64,000 bases of DNA from an uncultured Planctomycetales bacterium (GTDB lineage Bacteria; Planctomycetota; UBA1135; JACQFD01). Both the position numbers and the translations under genes were made by a program. Of this stretch, positions 1 to 9,551 are shown piece by piece (the first letter of the stretch is position 1; each line of letters begins with the position of its first letter). The notes under the pieces were generated by a model that was not told the origin of the DNA, ran no database searches, and worked only from the letters and a program-made list of their open reading frames with translations. The stretch covers positions 41,763 through 105,762 of the forward strand of contig CAZJHD010000011.1 of NCBI GenBank assembly GCA_964545855.1, given 5' to 3'.

Positions 1-265
1 CCTCCGGGTCCTTCCGGCCGAAGAAGCGCTCGGCCCACGGGCCGAGCGCGATGCAGGCTCCGCTCGCGGCGAGCGCCGCGAATCCTGCAGCCAAGGGATA
101 GCGTTCGTCGCCCGGAAAAAGCGCGATCAGCAGCATCGCCACGACGGAACCGGCGGTCCCGGGGGCCCAGGGCGAGAGACCCGCGCCTCCCGCGGTCGCG
201 AGGAGGAGCCGGATGCGGTCGATCCAGGTAGCGGGGACCGCGGGAAGTCTCGGGCGCCGCGCCAT
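1..265 (-). CDS. pgpA: phosphatidylglycerophosphatase A, N-terminal part (gene runs off the left window edge)
   Basis: Hand translation from the reverse-strand ATG at 265-263 gives MARRPRLPAVPATWIDRIRLLLATAGGAGLSPWAPGTAGSVVAMLL...FGRKDPG. The GxGxxPxAPGTxGS motif and the later KDPG are typical of PgpA. It lies directly downstream of pgsA on the same strand. It is absent from the ORF track because the window edge truncates it. Confidence 0.7.
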   Translation of the reverse strand, partial: MARRPRLPAVPATWIDRIRLLLATAGGAGLSPWAPGTAGSVVAMLLIALFPGDERYPLAAGFAALAASGACIALGPWAERFFGRKDPE

Positions 266-354
266 GGAGTCCGTCGGGATCGGCGTGGCCTCAGCGTGGC
301 CGAGGGATCGGGCAGGCGACGGAACGCTGACTTCGCGTCGCCACGCGGCTCCGA

Positions 355-999
355 TCAGGGCCGAGCCGCGGCCGTCGAGGAGAGGAACCGCCAGGCGCGC
401 GAGAGATAGCCGATCGCGGAGAAGACCGTCGTCGCGAGCGTGAGGAAGAGAAGGACCCGCGTGATGCCCGGGACGAGCCCGAGGAACCCCTCCACGGGAC
501 CGCCGTCACCGATCGAGGGCGAAGCGCCCGCGTCCGCGGGCCCGGAGAGACAGAGGATCCCTCCTCCCACGAGCATGCACTGGAGCACCATCTTGCTCTT
601 GCCCCAGGAATCGGCCGGGAACGCGAGACCGCGCGACTCGACGTAGCCCCGGATCCCCGTCACGAGGAACTCCCGGGCGACGATCACCACGACCGCCCAG
701 GCCGGCACGAGGTCGCGGGTCTCGGGGATCGCGGCGAGGAACACGAGGGCTCCCACGACGAGCACCTTGTCGACGAAGGGATCGGCGATGCGGCCGAAGT
801 CGCTCGACCCGAGCCGCCTCGCGACCGCGCCGTCGACCACGTCCGTCACCGCGGCCGTGACGAAGAGCGCGAAGGCCGTCCACATCGGCAGAGATCTCTC
901 CGACGGCGCCAACCGTTCGGCCCACGCGAGGATCCCGAAGAGCACGAGCGCGAGGAAGAACCGCGCCGCGGTGATCCGATCGGCGAGGGTCTTCAGCAT
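355..999 (-). CDS. pgsA: CDP-diacylglycerol--glycerol-3-phosphate 3-phosphatidyltransferase
   Basis: This is the C-terminal 214 codons of track ORF 355..1908, starting at MLKTLADR (ATG at 999-997). It carries the CDP-alcohol phosphatidyltransferase motif DGAVARRLGSSDFGRIADPFVD (DGxxAR...G...D...D) and several TM helices. The upstream 300 aa of the track ORF are Arg-rich and overlap rimO, so I rejected them. Confidence 0.88.
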   Translation of the reverse strand: MLKTLADRITAARFFLALVLFGILAWAERLAPSERSLPMWTAFALFVTAAVTDVVDGAVARRLGSSDFGRIADPFVDKVLVVGALVFLAAIPETRDLVPAWAVVVIVAREFLVTGIRGYVESRGLAFPADSWGKSKMVLQCMLVGGGILCLSGPADAGASPSIGDGGPVEGFLGLVPGITRVLLFLTLATTVFSAIGYLSRAWRFLSSTAAARP

Positions 1000-2399
1000 T
1001 CGGCGCGCGTGCGCCCAGGGCGCTCTGCCTTCGATCGCCGGCGGCCGTCGAACCGGGCGTTCACCGGCTTCACGACGAGGTCGTATCCGTCGGCTTCGAC
1101 GCCGAGGACCCGGGCGTCGAAGATCTGGCCGGGCGCCGCGCGGCCCACGATGCGCACGCCGCAGTCGATCTCGGGTGCGTCCGCGCGCGTGCGCCCGAAG
1201 GCGGCGCCCTTCGGATGGACGCCGTCGACGAGCACCTCCACGGTCCGTCCGACGAGGGCCTCGTTCGCCTGACGGACCACGTCGCGCTGGAGGCGCAGGA
1301 CTGCGTCGTGACGCGCCGCCGCGACGCTCTCGGGCACCGGATCGGGGAGGGCGATGGCCGCCGTGTTCTTCTCCGGCGAGTAGCGGAACGCGCCGAGTCG
1401 CGCGAATCGAAACGTGCGGAGGAACTCGAGGAGCTCCTCGAAGTCCGCCTCCGTCTCTCCGGGGAAGCCCACGATGATCGTCGTGCGGAGCGCGATCCCG
1501 GGGACCTCTGCGCGCAGCCGCTCGAGCGTCTCGCGCACGCGATCGCCGGACGACGCGCGGCGCATCGCCTTGAGCACGCGGCTGGCGATGTGCTGGATCG
1601 GGATGTCCAGGTACTCGACGACGCGCTCGTGATCCCGGAGCACGTCCGTGAGCCCGGCCGGGAGGCCGTTCGGGTAGGCGTACATCGTGCGCACCCATCG
1701 GACGCCCGGCGTGTCGGCGACGGCGGCGATCGCCTGCGGAAGACGCTCGCCGCTCTCCAGGTCGCGCCCCCACCACGTCGAGTCCTCCGCCACGAGGACG
1801 ATCTCGCGCGCGCCGCGATCGACGAGACCCTGCGCCTCCTCGCGCAGCCGGGCGATTGGCTTGCTGCGGTGGCGCCCGCGAATGCGCGGGATGATGCAGA
1901 AGGCGCAATCGTGATCGCAGCCCTCCGAGATGCGGAGGTACGCCGTCGAGCGGGGACCCGTCAGCAGCCGCGTGCGGTCGTCCGGCACGCCGCGCACGCC
2001 GCCGCCGGTCAGTGAGCGCGCGTTGCGACCTTCGTCGATCGCGCGGACGACCTCCGTGATCGCCGTGGAGTCTCCCAGGCCGAGGAAGGCGTCGACGTCG
2101 CGAAGGTCCGGATCGGCGTCGAGGTCCGGCCGGAAGAGCTGCGGGAGGCAGCCGGCGACGATCACCCCGCGGAGTTCCCCGGCGCGCTTGCGCTCGAGGA
2201 GGTCACGGATCGCCCCCATCGACTCCTCACGGGCGGGTCCGATGAAGGCGCAGGTGTTGAGGATCGCGACCTCGGCGTCCTCCGGGCGGGCGCACACGGC
2301 GAGTCCGTCGCTCGCGAGCTGTCCGAGGAGCACCTCGGAGTCGACCTGGTTCTTGGAGCAGCCGAGGTGGACGAGGCTGACTCGAGTCGCGGATTTCAA
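993..2399 (-). CDS. rimO: ribosomal protein S12 methylthiotransferase (radical SAM, MiaB family)
   Basis: 468 aa. It has the N-terminal UPF0004 domain (VSLVHLGCSKNQVDSE), a radical-SAM CxxxCxxC box (CDHDCAFC) and a C-terminal TRAM-like region. The N-terminus and length fit RimO better than MiaB. It overlaps the pgsA start by 7 nt. Confidence 0.85.
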   Translation of the reverse strand: MKSATRVSLVHLGCSKNQVDSEVLLGQLASDGLAVCARPEDAEVAILNTCAFIGPAREESMGAIRDLLERKRAGELRGVIVAGCLPQLFRPDLDADPDLRDVDAFLGLGDSTAITEVVRAIDEGRNARSLTGGGVRGVPDDRTRLLTGPRSTAYLRISEGCDHDCAFCIIPRIRGRHRSKPIARLREEAQGLVDRGAREIVLVAEDSTWWGRDLESGERLPQAIAAVADTPGVRWVRTMYAYPNGLPAGLTDVLRDHERVVEYLDIPIQHIASRVLKAMRRASSGDRVRETLERLRAEVPGIALRTTIIVGFPGETEADFEELLEFLRTFRFARLGAFRYSPEKNTAAIALPDPVPESVAAARHDAVLRLQRDVVRQANEALVGRTVEVLVDGVHPKGAAFGRTRADAPEIDCGVRIVGRAAPGQIFDARVLGVEADGYDLVVKPVNARFDGRRRSKAERPGRTRAEC

Positions 2400-2436
2400 C
2401 GAGATGGCGGGCGGTCGGGCGGGACCTTCGCCGGGA

Positions 2437-4683
2437 TCATCCCGACGCCCGGGACTCCCAGTCGGGAAGGGTGAGGAGGATATCCCTCGATGGATTGCCC
2501 CGATAGGGCCCCACGACGCCCGCGCGCTCCAGCTGCTCGATCAAGTGCTGCGCCTCGCCGAACCCGATCTCGAGGCGTCTCTGGAGGAACGAGATCGACG
2601 CGCGCGACTCGGTGATGACCAAGTGCGCCGCGCGTCCGAGGAGCGCGCTGCCGCCGGATGCATCCTCCTGGGCGGGCTCCGCGGCGCTCGCGGCGGGGCC
2701 GACCTCGTTCATGCCGAGCGACTGGTCGGACGACGTGGGCGCCGCATCCGCGTCGATCGGTGCGGGCTCCGCAGCGCCGGCACCGGCATGGTCTCTCGAG
2801 AGGCTCGCGTCCCCGTCCTCGCCCTCGGACGACGCCTCGGGCGTTTCGGGCGCTTCGGGCGCTTCCAGCGCCGGTGATGCGGCCAAGGCCGACGGATCCT
2901 CGAACGCGGGCGCCACTTCCCAGGTGACGGCGCCCGTCAGGAACTCCCCACCATGCCGTTCGCCCAGATCCCGCGGAATGGTCCGGGGGAGATCTTCCTC
3001 GAGGTCGGCCGGAGCGAGCGGCTCCGAGTCCTCCCGGAAACTGCTCCCTAGCGCCCCTTCGGCTCCCCCTTCGATCCCTGGCTCTTCCCTCTCCCTCGCG
3101 TCGACTCCGGCGGAGGCGGAACTCCATCCTCCGACGTTCGCGGGGTCGGCGGCGTCCGCTCCTCGGACGACCGTGTCGTCGAGTCCCGCTCCGAACTCTC
3201 TCTCGGCGGCCGCTGGGTCCAATCCTTCGGCGACACCCGCGGAGGCCGCTTGCTCACCGCCGTCGTCGACGCCTCCCCGCGACGCGGTAGACGCTGTGGG
3301 AACTTCGGGACTTGCGCTGTACCCAGCCAGAGGTCCGTCAGGGTGTCCGGCTGCTGTGCGTGATAGGGGGAGGGCCAGATCGAGGTCGGCTCGACCGGCG
3401 ACGTGTGCGGGCCCTTGGGCGGTTTCTGCTTGGGACGATTCAACGGGGACCTCCGAAGGCCAGAGCGAGCTCGGACCGGGATTCGGGGCTCCGTAGGGAG
3501 CCGCCGGGAACGAGTCTCCGGAAGAAGTGGTCGACTCGTGAGACGCCGAGAACAGAGGCGGAGGTGCGTTTTCGAAGGTGGGTGCCCCTTCTCGGGGGGC
3601 TTGCGTTCGGTGCGCACCTCGGACCGGCGTGCCGGTCGATTCGGCGCGATCGAACTCCAAGGCAAGTTCCGACAAAGTGTTGCGTCTGGCTCGAGGACCG
3701 TTCTCCGGCGTCGCCGCCTCGGGCTGCGTCTCGGGAGCGTCGCGGCGGGGAAGGAGCCGGACCTTCATCTCCTCGTCCTCGCCACGCCCGGGCTCCCCGG
3801 CGGTCCCCGACTCGAACTCGGCCGGAGCGGCCGCCTCCCCCGATCGCGAGAACATCTGTGCGATCCAGGCACGCGGGACGAAGGTGCTCCGCGTCGGCGA
3901 TTCCTCGACAGCGACGCCTTCGCTCGACTCCGCAACACTCGCGCGCCGCGTCGCCGAGAGCGCCACCACGTCGTCCGCGTCTCCGGAGAGGAAACCCTCT
4001 TCCCCGACGCGGCCACCGGCGACGCCCATGGCCGGTGCGTGCATGCCAGCCGCGGTCGCCCGCCGATCCTCCGAGCCGAACAGCCGCGACGCGGCGAAGT
4101 CGCGCCTGCAGCCGTCGGTCACGAGGAACAACGCGAGGACCGCGGTGATCGCCGTGAGCAGCAGGGCGATGGGCATCGACATGAGCGCCGTGAGCTGCAT
4201 TCCGAAGAACCGGCCCCAGGCGCCGCCCTCGTCCGCGGAGATTCCCTGGATGCCGCCCCAAGCGCCGAGGAAGACCGCCAGGAGGAATCCGGCCATCACG
4301 GAGACGACGACCCGCATCACGAACGCGCGCGTGGACGCGTTGGCCGTGAGGGCGGCGGCCGAGCTCGCCAGCAGGAGGAACATGGCGACCAGCGCCGGCA
4401 TGCGCCCGACCCTGAGCGTGATCCCCTCGACAAGTCCGAGGAAGAACGGCGACGCACCGCGCATGCCCGCCGCGTGGCAGATCAGCGACGTTCCCAGGAC
4501 GACGGCGACGAACGCGACGAGGAAGGCGAGGGAACGGGCCGCGATCTCGTCGATGCGGCTCTTCGCTCGAGTCAGCTCCAGCAGATCCACGTTGGTGCAC
4601 CCCGAGGTATGCGCGAGACGATCGTCTCGCGAGGGGCGGATGTTCGGGATCCCGGAGGCCCGTTGCAAGCGGCGTCGGGGCAT
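2437..4683 (-). CDS. membrane protein with an FtsK-like 4-TM N-terminus and an FtsK gamma (winged-helix) C-terminus, but no motor domain
   Basis: 748 aa. There are four hydrophobic helices in the first ~190 aa. A ~480-aa acidic Pro/Ala/Gly-rich linker follows. The C-terminus SISFLQRRLEIGFGEAQHLIEQLERAGVVGPYRGNPSRDILL matches the FtsK gamma domain consensus. I saw no Walker A/B anywhere in the ORF. Confidence 0.7.
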   Translation of the reverse strand: MPRRRLQRASGIPNIRPSRDDRLAHTSGCTNVDLLELTRAKSRIDEIAARSLAFLVAFVAVVLGTSLICHAAGMRGASPFFLGLVEGITLRVGRMPALVAMFLLLASSAAALTANASTRAFVMRVVVSVMAGFLLAVFLGAWGGIQGISADEGGAWGRFFGMQLTALMSMPIALLLTAITAVLALFLVTDGCRRDFAASRLFGSEDRRATAAGMHAPAMGVAGGRVGEEGFLSGDADDVVALSATRRASVAESSEGVAVEESPTRSTFVPRAWIAQMFSRSGEAAAPAEFESGTAGEPGRGEDEEMKVRLLPRRDAPETQPEAATPENGPRARRNTLSELALEFDRAESTGTPVRGAHRTQAPREGAPTFENAPPPLFSASHESTTSSGDSFPAAPYGAPNPGPSSLWPSEVPVESSQAETAQGPAHVAGRADLDLALPLSRTAAGHPDGPLAGYSASPEVPTASTASRGGVDDGGEQAASAGVAEGLDPAAAEREFGAGLDDTVVRGADAADPANVGGWSSASAGVDAREREEPGIEGGAEGALGSSFREDSEPLAPADLEEDLPRTIPRDLGERHGGEFLTGAVTWEVAPAFEDPSALAASPALEAPEAPETPEASSEGEDGDASLSRDHAGAGAAEPAPIDADAAPTSSDQSLGMNEVGPAASAAEPAQEDASGGSALLGRAAHLVITESRASISFLQRRLEIGFGEAQHLIEQLERAGVVGPYRGNPSRDILLTLPDWESRASG

Positions 4684-4731
4684 GGCCCCCGCCGACCCGG
4701 TGATGCGGCTCCGACCGACGGCCGACGGCCG

Positions 4732-5709
4732 CTAGAAGCTCGGGTCGTCGCGGCTCAGATGCTCCTGCACGTACTCTCGAACGCCGTCCTCGAGCGAGGT
4801 CATCGGATCCGTGTAGCCGGCGGCTCGGAGCCTCTCCAGGTTCGCCTCGGTGAAGTACTGGTACTTGCCTTTCAGGTCGCCGGGCATGGGCACGTAGCGC
4901 ACGCCGCTCTTCGGCCGCCCGCAGGCAGCGAGGAGGGACTCGCCGAGGTCTCGAAACGTCCGGGCTCCGCCGCTCCCTAGATTGAAGATCCCGTTCGCCC
5001 GAGGCTGGCGCACGAGGAAGGAGACGACGCGCGCCACGTCCTTCACCCACACGAAGTCGCGCTTCTGCTCCCCATGAGCGATGCCCGGTCGATCCGACTC
5101 GAAGAGCTCGACCACGCCCTCGCGCTTCGCGCGCGGGTAGGCGTGGTACACGACGCTCGCCATCCGGCCCTTGTGGCTCTCGTTGGGGCCGTAGACGTTG
5201 AAGAAGCGCAGCCCGGCGACGGTCGATCCGAGTCCGTTCTCGAGAACCCAGTTGTCGAAGAGCCACTTGGTGAAGGCGTAGCCGTTCAGCGGACGCAGTC
5301 GGGGCGTCAGATCGTCCGCATCGGAGAATCCCAGGGCCCCGTCGCCATAGACGGCCGCCGAAGAGGCGTAGACGAAGCGCACGCCGCGCCGATGGGCCCA
5401 GGTGCAGAGGCGTCGGCTGTACTCGAAGTTGAGCCGGAGGAGCAGATCGGTGTCCGTCTCGGTCGTGTCGGTGCGCGCGCCGATGTGCACCACCGCCTCC
5501 ACCTTCTCTCGATCGTAGGCGCCGCGCTCCACGCGCTCGAGGAAGTCGGCGTGGTCGACGTAGTCGACGATCTTCTTGCCGAGGAGGTTCTTCCACTTGT
5601 CCGTCGCGCCGAGACGGTCGACGGCGACCAGCCCCCGGTGGCCCTCCTCGGCGAGCACGCGAAGGACGACGCTTCCGATGAACCCGGCCGCTCCGGTGAC
5701 GATGATCAT
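4732..5709 (-). CDS. hldD: ADP-L-glycero-D-manno-heptose 6-epimerase
   Basis: 325 aa. It begins MIIVTGAAGFIGS (Rossmann GxxGxxG). It also has YASSAAVYG and NVYGPNESHKGRMASVVYH, which are typical of HldD/RfaD. Confidence 0.85.
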   Translation of the reverse strand: MIIVTGAAGFIGSVVLRVLAEEGHRGLVAVDRLGATDKWKNLLGKKIVDYVDHADFLERVERGAYDREKVEAVVHIGARTDTTETDTDLLLRLNFEYSRRLCTWAHRRGVRFVYASSAAVYGDGALGFSDADDLTPRLRPLNGYAFTKWLFDNWVLENGLGSTVAGLRFFNVYGPNESHKGRMASVVYHAYPRAKREGVVELFESDRPGIAHGEQKRDFVWVKDVARVVSFLVRQPRANGIFNLGSGGARTFRDLGESLLAACGRPKSGVRYVPMPGDLKGKYQYFTEANLERLRAAGYTDPMTSLEDGVREYVQEHLSRDDPSF

Positions 5710-5752
5710 GGGCCGGCGAACATGCGTCCGCGGGAGCGCCCGCGCAAGCGGC

Positions 5753-6901
5753 TCAGAGCTTCTTCTTCAGCACGTCGCGGGCGATCACGATCCGCTGGAT
5801 CTCGTTCGTTCCCTCGTAGATCCGGTTCACGCGAGCGTCCCGGTACCAGCGCTCGACGGCGTAGTCGCGCGAATAGCCCATGCCGCCGTGGATCTGCACG
5901 GCGCGGTCCGCCGCGCGGTCCAGACACTCGGACGCGAGGAGCTTCACGATGGCGCTCTCGCGGGAGAAGGGCAGCCCCTGGTCGCACATCCAGGCCGCGC
6001 GATAGGTGGCCGACTCGACCGCGAAGATGTCGGCGGCCATGTCCGCCAGGTAGAACTGGATCGCTTGGTTCTCGGCCAGGGGAGTGCCGAACTGCACCCG
6101 TTCCTGGGCGTACTTCTTGGAGAGCGCGAGACACTCCCTCGAGGCTCCGAGGCAGTTCGCGCCGAGCCCGAGACGGCCGCGGTCGAGCGTGCGCATGGCG
6201 ACCTTGAATCCGTCGCCGGGTGCGCCGATCCGGTTCGCGTCGGGGATGCGCACGTCCTCGAAGTAGATCGGGCACGTCGAGGACCCGCACTGACCCATCT
6301 TCCTCTCTCGGGGGCCCGTCCGGACGCCCTTGCGATCGCGCTCGACCACGAAGCAGCTGATGCCCTTGGCGCCCTTCGACCGGTCGGTCGACGCGAAGAG
6401 CGTGATGAGCTCCGCCACGTCGCCGTTCGTGATCCAGATCTTCGAGCCGTTCACGATCCAGTCGCCGCCGTCCTTCACGGCGGTCGTCTTCATCGACGCG
6501 GGGTCGCTCCCGCTCTCCGCCTCCGTCAGGGCGTAGCAGCCGAGCCACTCGCCCGACGCGATCTTCGGAATCCAGCGACGGCGCTGCTCGTCGTTGCCCG
6601 CCAGGTAGATCGCCATTCCGCCGATCGATGTCGAGGCGCCCAGAGTGACGGCCGTCGAGAAGTCGGCGCGCGTCAGCTCCTCGGAAGCGACGCAGTAGCC
6701 GGTCTCACCGAGCCCGGCGCCGCCCAGCTCCGGGGGGAACGGGATCCCGAACAACCCGATCTCCGCCATCTTCTCGAGCAGAGATCGAGGCACCTCGTGC
6801 TTCTCGTCGATCTCCGCGGCGAGGGGACGCACCTCCTGATCGGCGAATTGCCGGACCATCTCACGGAGGAGCTCGATTTCTTCGGAGAACGTGAAGTCCA
6901 T
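5753..6901 (-). CDS. acyl-CoA dehydrogenase (short/medium-chain type)
   Basis: 382 aa. The sequence is full-length ACAD-like: N-terminal helical domain, central ...CYALTEAESGSDPASM..., and C-terminal ...QIHGGMGYSRDYAVERWYRDARVNRIYEGTNEIQ. Confidence 0.9.
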   Translation of the reverse strand: MDFTFSEEIELLREMVRQFADQEVRPLAAEIDEKHEVPRSLLEKMAEIGLFGIPFPPELGGAGLGETGYCVASEELTRADFSTAVTLGASTSIGGMAIYLAGNDEQRRRWIPKIASGEWLGCYALTEAESGSDPASMKTTAVKDGGDWIVNGSKIWITNGDVAELITLFASTDRSKGAKGISCFVVERDRKGVRTGPRERKMGQCGSSTCPIYFEDVRIPDANRIGAPGDGFKVAMRTLDRGRLGLGANCLGASRECLALSKKYAQERVQFGTPLAENQAIQFYLADMAADIFAVESATYRAAWMCDQGLPFSRESAIVKLLASECLDRAADRAVQIHGGMGYSRDYAVERWYRDARVNRIYEGTNEIQRIVIARDVLKKKL

Positions 6902-7128
6902 CGGCAGGTCGGCGCGGCACGAGGGCCGCGAACTCGGGAGAAATGCTCGTCTCCTCCTTCGGCTCGTGAGCCCGGCCGGGGAGAGTGCCGGCGCGCGGAG
7001 CGCCGGTGGAAGCGGTGGTCGGGTCGGGCTCGTCGCGACGCGACGGAGACCGAGGGGGCAGGGCGATCGTGGACCGGCTCAGTCGGGCGTTCCGCCAAGG
7101 CGCCCCTTATCCCGGCACCCCGACGCGG

Positions 7129-7482
7129 TCAGTCGCCCTTCTCGATCCGGTAGGAGTCGTCCTCGAAGTGCTCCGTCGAGAACTCGAAGATCTCCGAGTC
7201 CTCGATTCCCGTGAATCGGTGCCGGAGCAGCGGAGTGATCTCGCAGGAGTCGCCGGGAAGCATCTCGAACGTCTCCTTCTCGCCGGACTTCTGCACCAGC
7301 TCCATCTGCACTCTCCCTTTCGCGATGTAGAACGTCTCCGTCTTCTTCACGTGGAAGTGGAGCGAGCAGCGCTTTCCCTTCTTCAGGAGCAACAGCTTTC
7401 CGCAGTAGAGCGCGTCGTTGTGGATCCAGTGCTCCTCACCCCACCCCTTGGGTTGAATGTGGATCGGCTTCTGGGCAGGCAT
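7129..7482 (-). CDS. cupin-domain protein
   Basis: 117 aa with normal composition. It has a cupin-like G(x)5HxH core (KRCSLHFHVKKTETFYIAKG) and a second strand motif, LPGDSCEI. Confidence 0.6.
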   Translation of the reverse strand: MPAQKPIHIQPKGWGEEHWIHNDALYCGKLLLLKKGKRCSLHFHVKKTETFYIAKGRVQMELVQKSGEKETFEMLPGDSCEITPLLRHRFTGIEDSEIFEFSTEHFEDDSYRIEKGD

Positions 7483-7700
7483 CGGGTCGAAGAAGAGCGA
7501 GTTGAGGGAAGCAGGATGCTCGTGAGGATCCCGCCGGAGCTTACGAGGCCGCGGGCTCGGAGGGGCACTCCACGAGACTTGCGACTACGATAGCACCCCC
7601 GCGCGGTACGGACGGGCATCGGAACCTGCCGACCCCTGGTGGGTTGCCCGCCCGCTTCCCGCATCCGTCTTCACGAGAAGGCCCTCCTCACGCATCGCCG

Positions 7701-8522
7701 ATGAACCGCTCGCTCCTGATTGGAATCCTCTCCGCCGGTTTCGCGGCATGCGCGACGGCCGTCGTGTTCCTCGTGAGTCCTCCGGCCGCGGGAGATGCGG
7801 GAACCTCGCACGAGACCGTCGACTCTCTGCAGAACGAGGTGCGCGACCTCCGCAGGTCGCTCGACGATCTGCGCAAGCAGGTGACGATGATCCCGGCAAC
7901 GGCCGCCGCGCCCCGCGAACTCGCGCCGGCGACCATCGACGCGACCCCGACCCCGGGGCCGACCGCCTCCCCGGCCCTCGCGAACGTCGGGAGCCTCGAC
8001 CGTGAGACGGTCTTCGCACTGATCAAGGAGGAGCGAGACCTGCGTGACAAGGAGCGCGAAGAGCGCCAGCGAACGCAGGCGAAGGAGGCGGTCAGCCGCC
8101 GCATCCAGCAGAGCGCGGAGCGCGCGGGCATCGATTCGGCCACCACGTCGACTCTCGTGAACGCCTACCTCCGCACCCTCGAGCGCGAGGAGGAGATCCG
8201 GCGCGCCTATCCCCTCGAGGACTGGGACGACCCGAGCCGGGAGAAGCGGCAGCTCGAGATCGAGGCCGCCCGCAAGGATCGAGACGCCCTCGTTGCGTCG
8301 CTCGTCCCCGCGGACAAGCTCGAGTCCTGGAATCGCTCCACGCGCTTCCTCGGCCGCGCCGGAGACTTCGCGGGAATGGTCGAGCGCTTCGGAGGCGGAG
8401 ACTTCGGAGGAGCGATGATGGGCGGAGGCGGTCGGAACCGCGGGGAAAGCGGCGGTTCCGGACCGGGCAACGGGCCTGGAAGGCGCAACCGCGACAGTGG
8501 TCCCGGCGGGAACGATCGCTGA
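7701..8522 (+). CDS. hypothetical membrane-anchored coiled-coil protein with a Gly-rich tail
   Basis: I moved the start to the internal ATG at 7701 (MNRSLLIGILSAGFAACATAVVFLV, a signal-anchor). A charged helical region follows, then a GGGDFGGAMMGGGGRNRGESGGSGPGNGPG tail. I do not recognise a family. Confidence 0.5.
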   Translation: MNRSLLIGILSAGFAACATAVVFLVSPPAAGDAGTSHETVDSLQNEVRDLRRSLDDLRKQVTMIPATAAAPRELAPATIDATPTPGPTASPALANVGSLDRETVFALIKEERDLRDKEREERQRTQAKEAVSRRIQQSAERAGIDSATTSTLVNAYLRTLEREEEIRRAYPLEDWDDPSREKRQLEIEAARKDRDALVASLVPADKLESWNRSTRFLGRAGDFAGMVERFGGGDFGGAMMGGGGRNRGESGGSGPGNGPGRRNRDSGPGGNDR

Positions 8523-8633
8523 GGGGTCTCCCTCGTCGCCGTTTCCACGGCATCCGAGTCTCGATCACGATCCGGCCGGGCTTCGCCCCGGCCGGCTTCG
8601 TTTCGGCGCGCCGCTCGGTAGAACGGGCTCCCG

Positions 8634-9521
8634 GTGTCCTCCGTCCCGACTGCGACCCCCTCCGCGGCGCGCGCGGCCCGTGCCGCCGCGCGCGGCGGCG
8701 CCCACCGAGTCCTGCGCTTCCTGCCGCGCGTCCTCCTGAGCCGGATGCTGGGATTCCTGGAGCGCGTACCGCTCCCCGTCCCGCTACGCCGCCGCTTCTA
8801 TGGCGCCTACTGCCGCCGATTCGGCGCGAATCTGGAGGAAGCGGAGCAGCCGCTCGAATCGTTCCGCAGCTTCAACGAGTTCTTCGTCCGGCGGTTGAAG
8901 CCGGGCATCCGGCCCGTCGACCCCGATCCAGCGAGCGTCGTCTCGCCCGTCGATGGGCGCGTCGCGGCCTGCGGCGCGATCGAGCGGGGACGGCTGCTGC
9001 AGGCGAAGGGCCTCGATTACTCGCTCGAGGAGCTGGTCACGGTCCCCATGCTCTCGGCGTCGCTGGTGGGCGGCTGCTACGTGACGATCTACCTCGCTCC
9101 GGGCGACTACCACCGGATCCACTCTCCGGTCGACGGCGACGTCCTCTGGGCGGTCCACCGCCCGGGATCCCTCTGGCCCGTGAACGACGCGGCCGCCGCC
9201 GCGATCCGTGACCTGTTCGTCGTGAACGAGCGCCTCGTCACCGTCCTCGAGACGTCGCGCGGCACGGCGGCGCTCGTCAAGGTCGGCGCCTTCAACGTCG
9301 GATCGATCCGCGTCGACTACGACGCGAGGCTCGGGCGAGGCCGTCGCGCGCGGCATCGAGCATTCCCCGTTCCGGCGCACTACACCAAGGGAGCGGAGAT
9401 TGCCCGGTTCGAGATGGGGTCGACGGTGATCGTCCTTCTGCCGAGGACCTTCGAGCTCCGGAACGGCCTCTCGGCCGGGACACGTCTCCGCTGCGGCGAG
9501 CCGATCGCACGCGCCCGCTGA
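8634..9521 (+). CDS. psd: phosphatidylserine decarboxylase proenzyme
   Basis: 295 aa. Motifs: FNEFFVRRLKPGIRP, SPVDGRV, IYLAPGDYHRIHSPVDG, and the self-cleavage-site context FEMGSTVIVL (the G-S-T motif). Confidence 0.88.
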   Translation: MSSVPTATPSAARAARAAARGGAHRVLRFLPRVLLSRMLGFLERVPLPVPLRRRFYGAYCRRFGANLEEAEQPLESFRSFNEFFVRRLKPGIRPVDPDPASVVSPVDGRVAACGAIERGRLLQAKGLDYSLEELVTVPMLSASLVGGCYVTIYLAPGDYHRIHSPVDGDVLWAVHRPGSLWPVNDAAAAAIRDLFVVNERLVTVLETSRGTAALVKVGAFNVGSIRVDYDARLGRGRRARHRAFPVPAHYTKGAEIARFEMGSTVIVLLPRTFELRNGLSAGTRLRCGEPIARAR

Positions 9522-9551
9522 GGAACGGGCCCGGCGCACCTCCCTCCGGCC

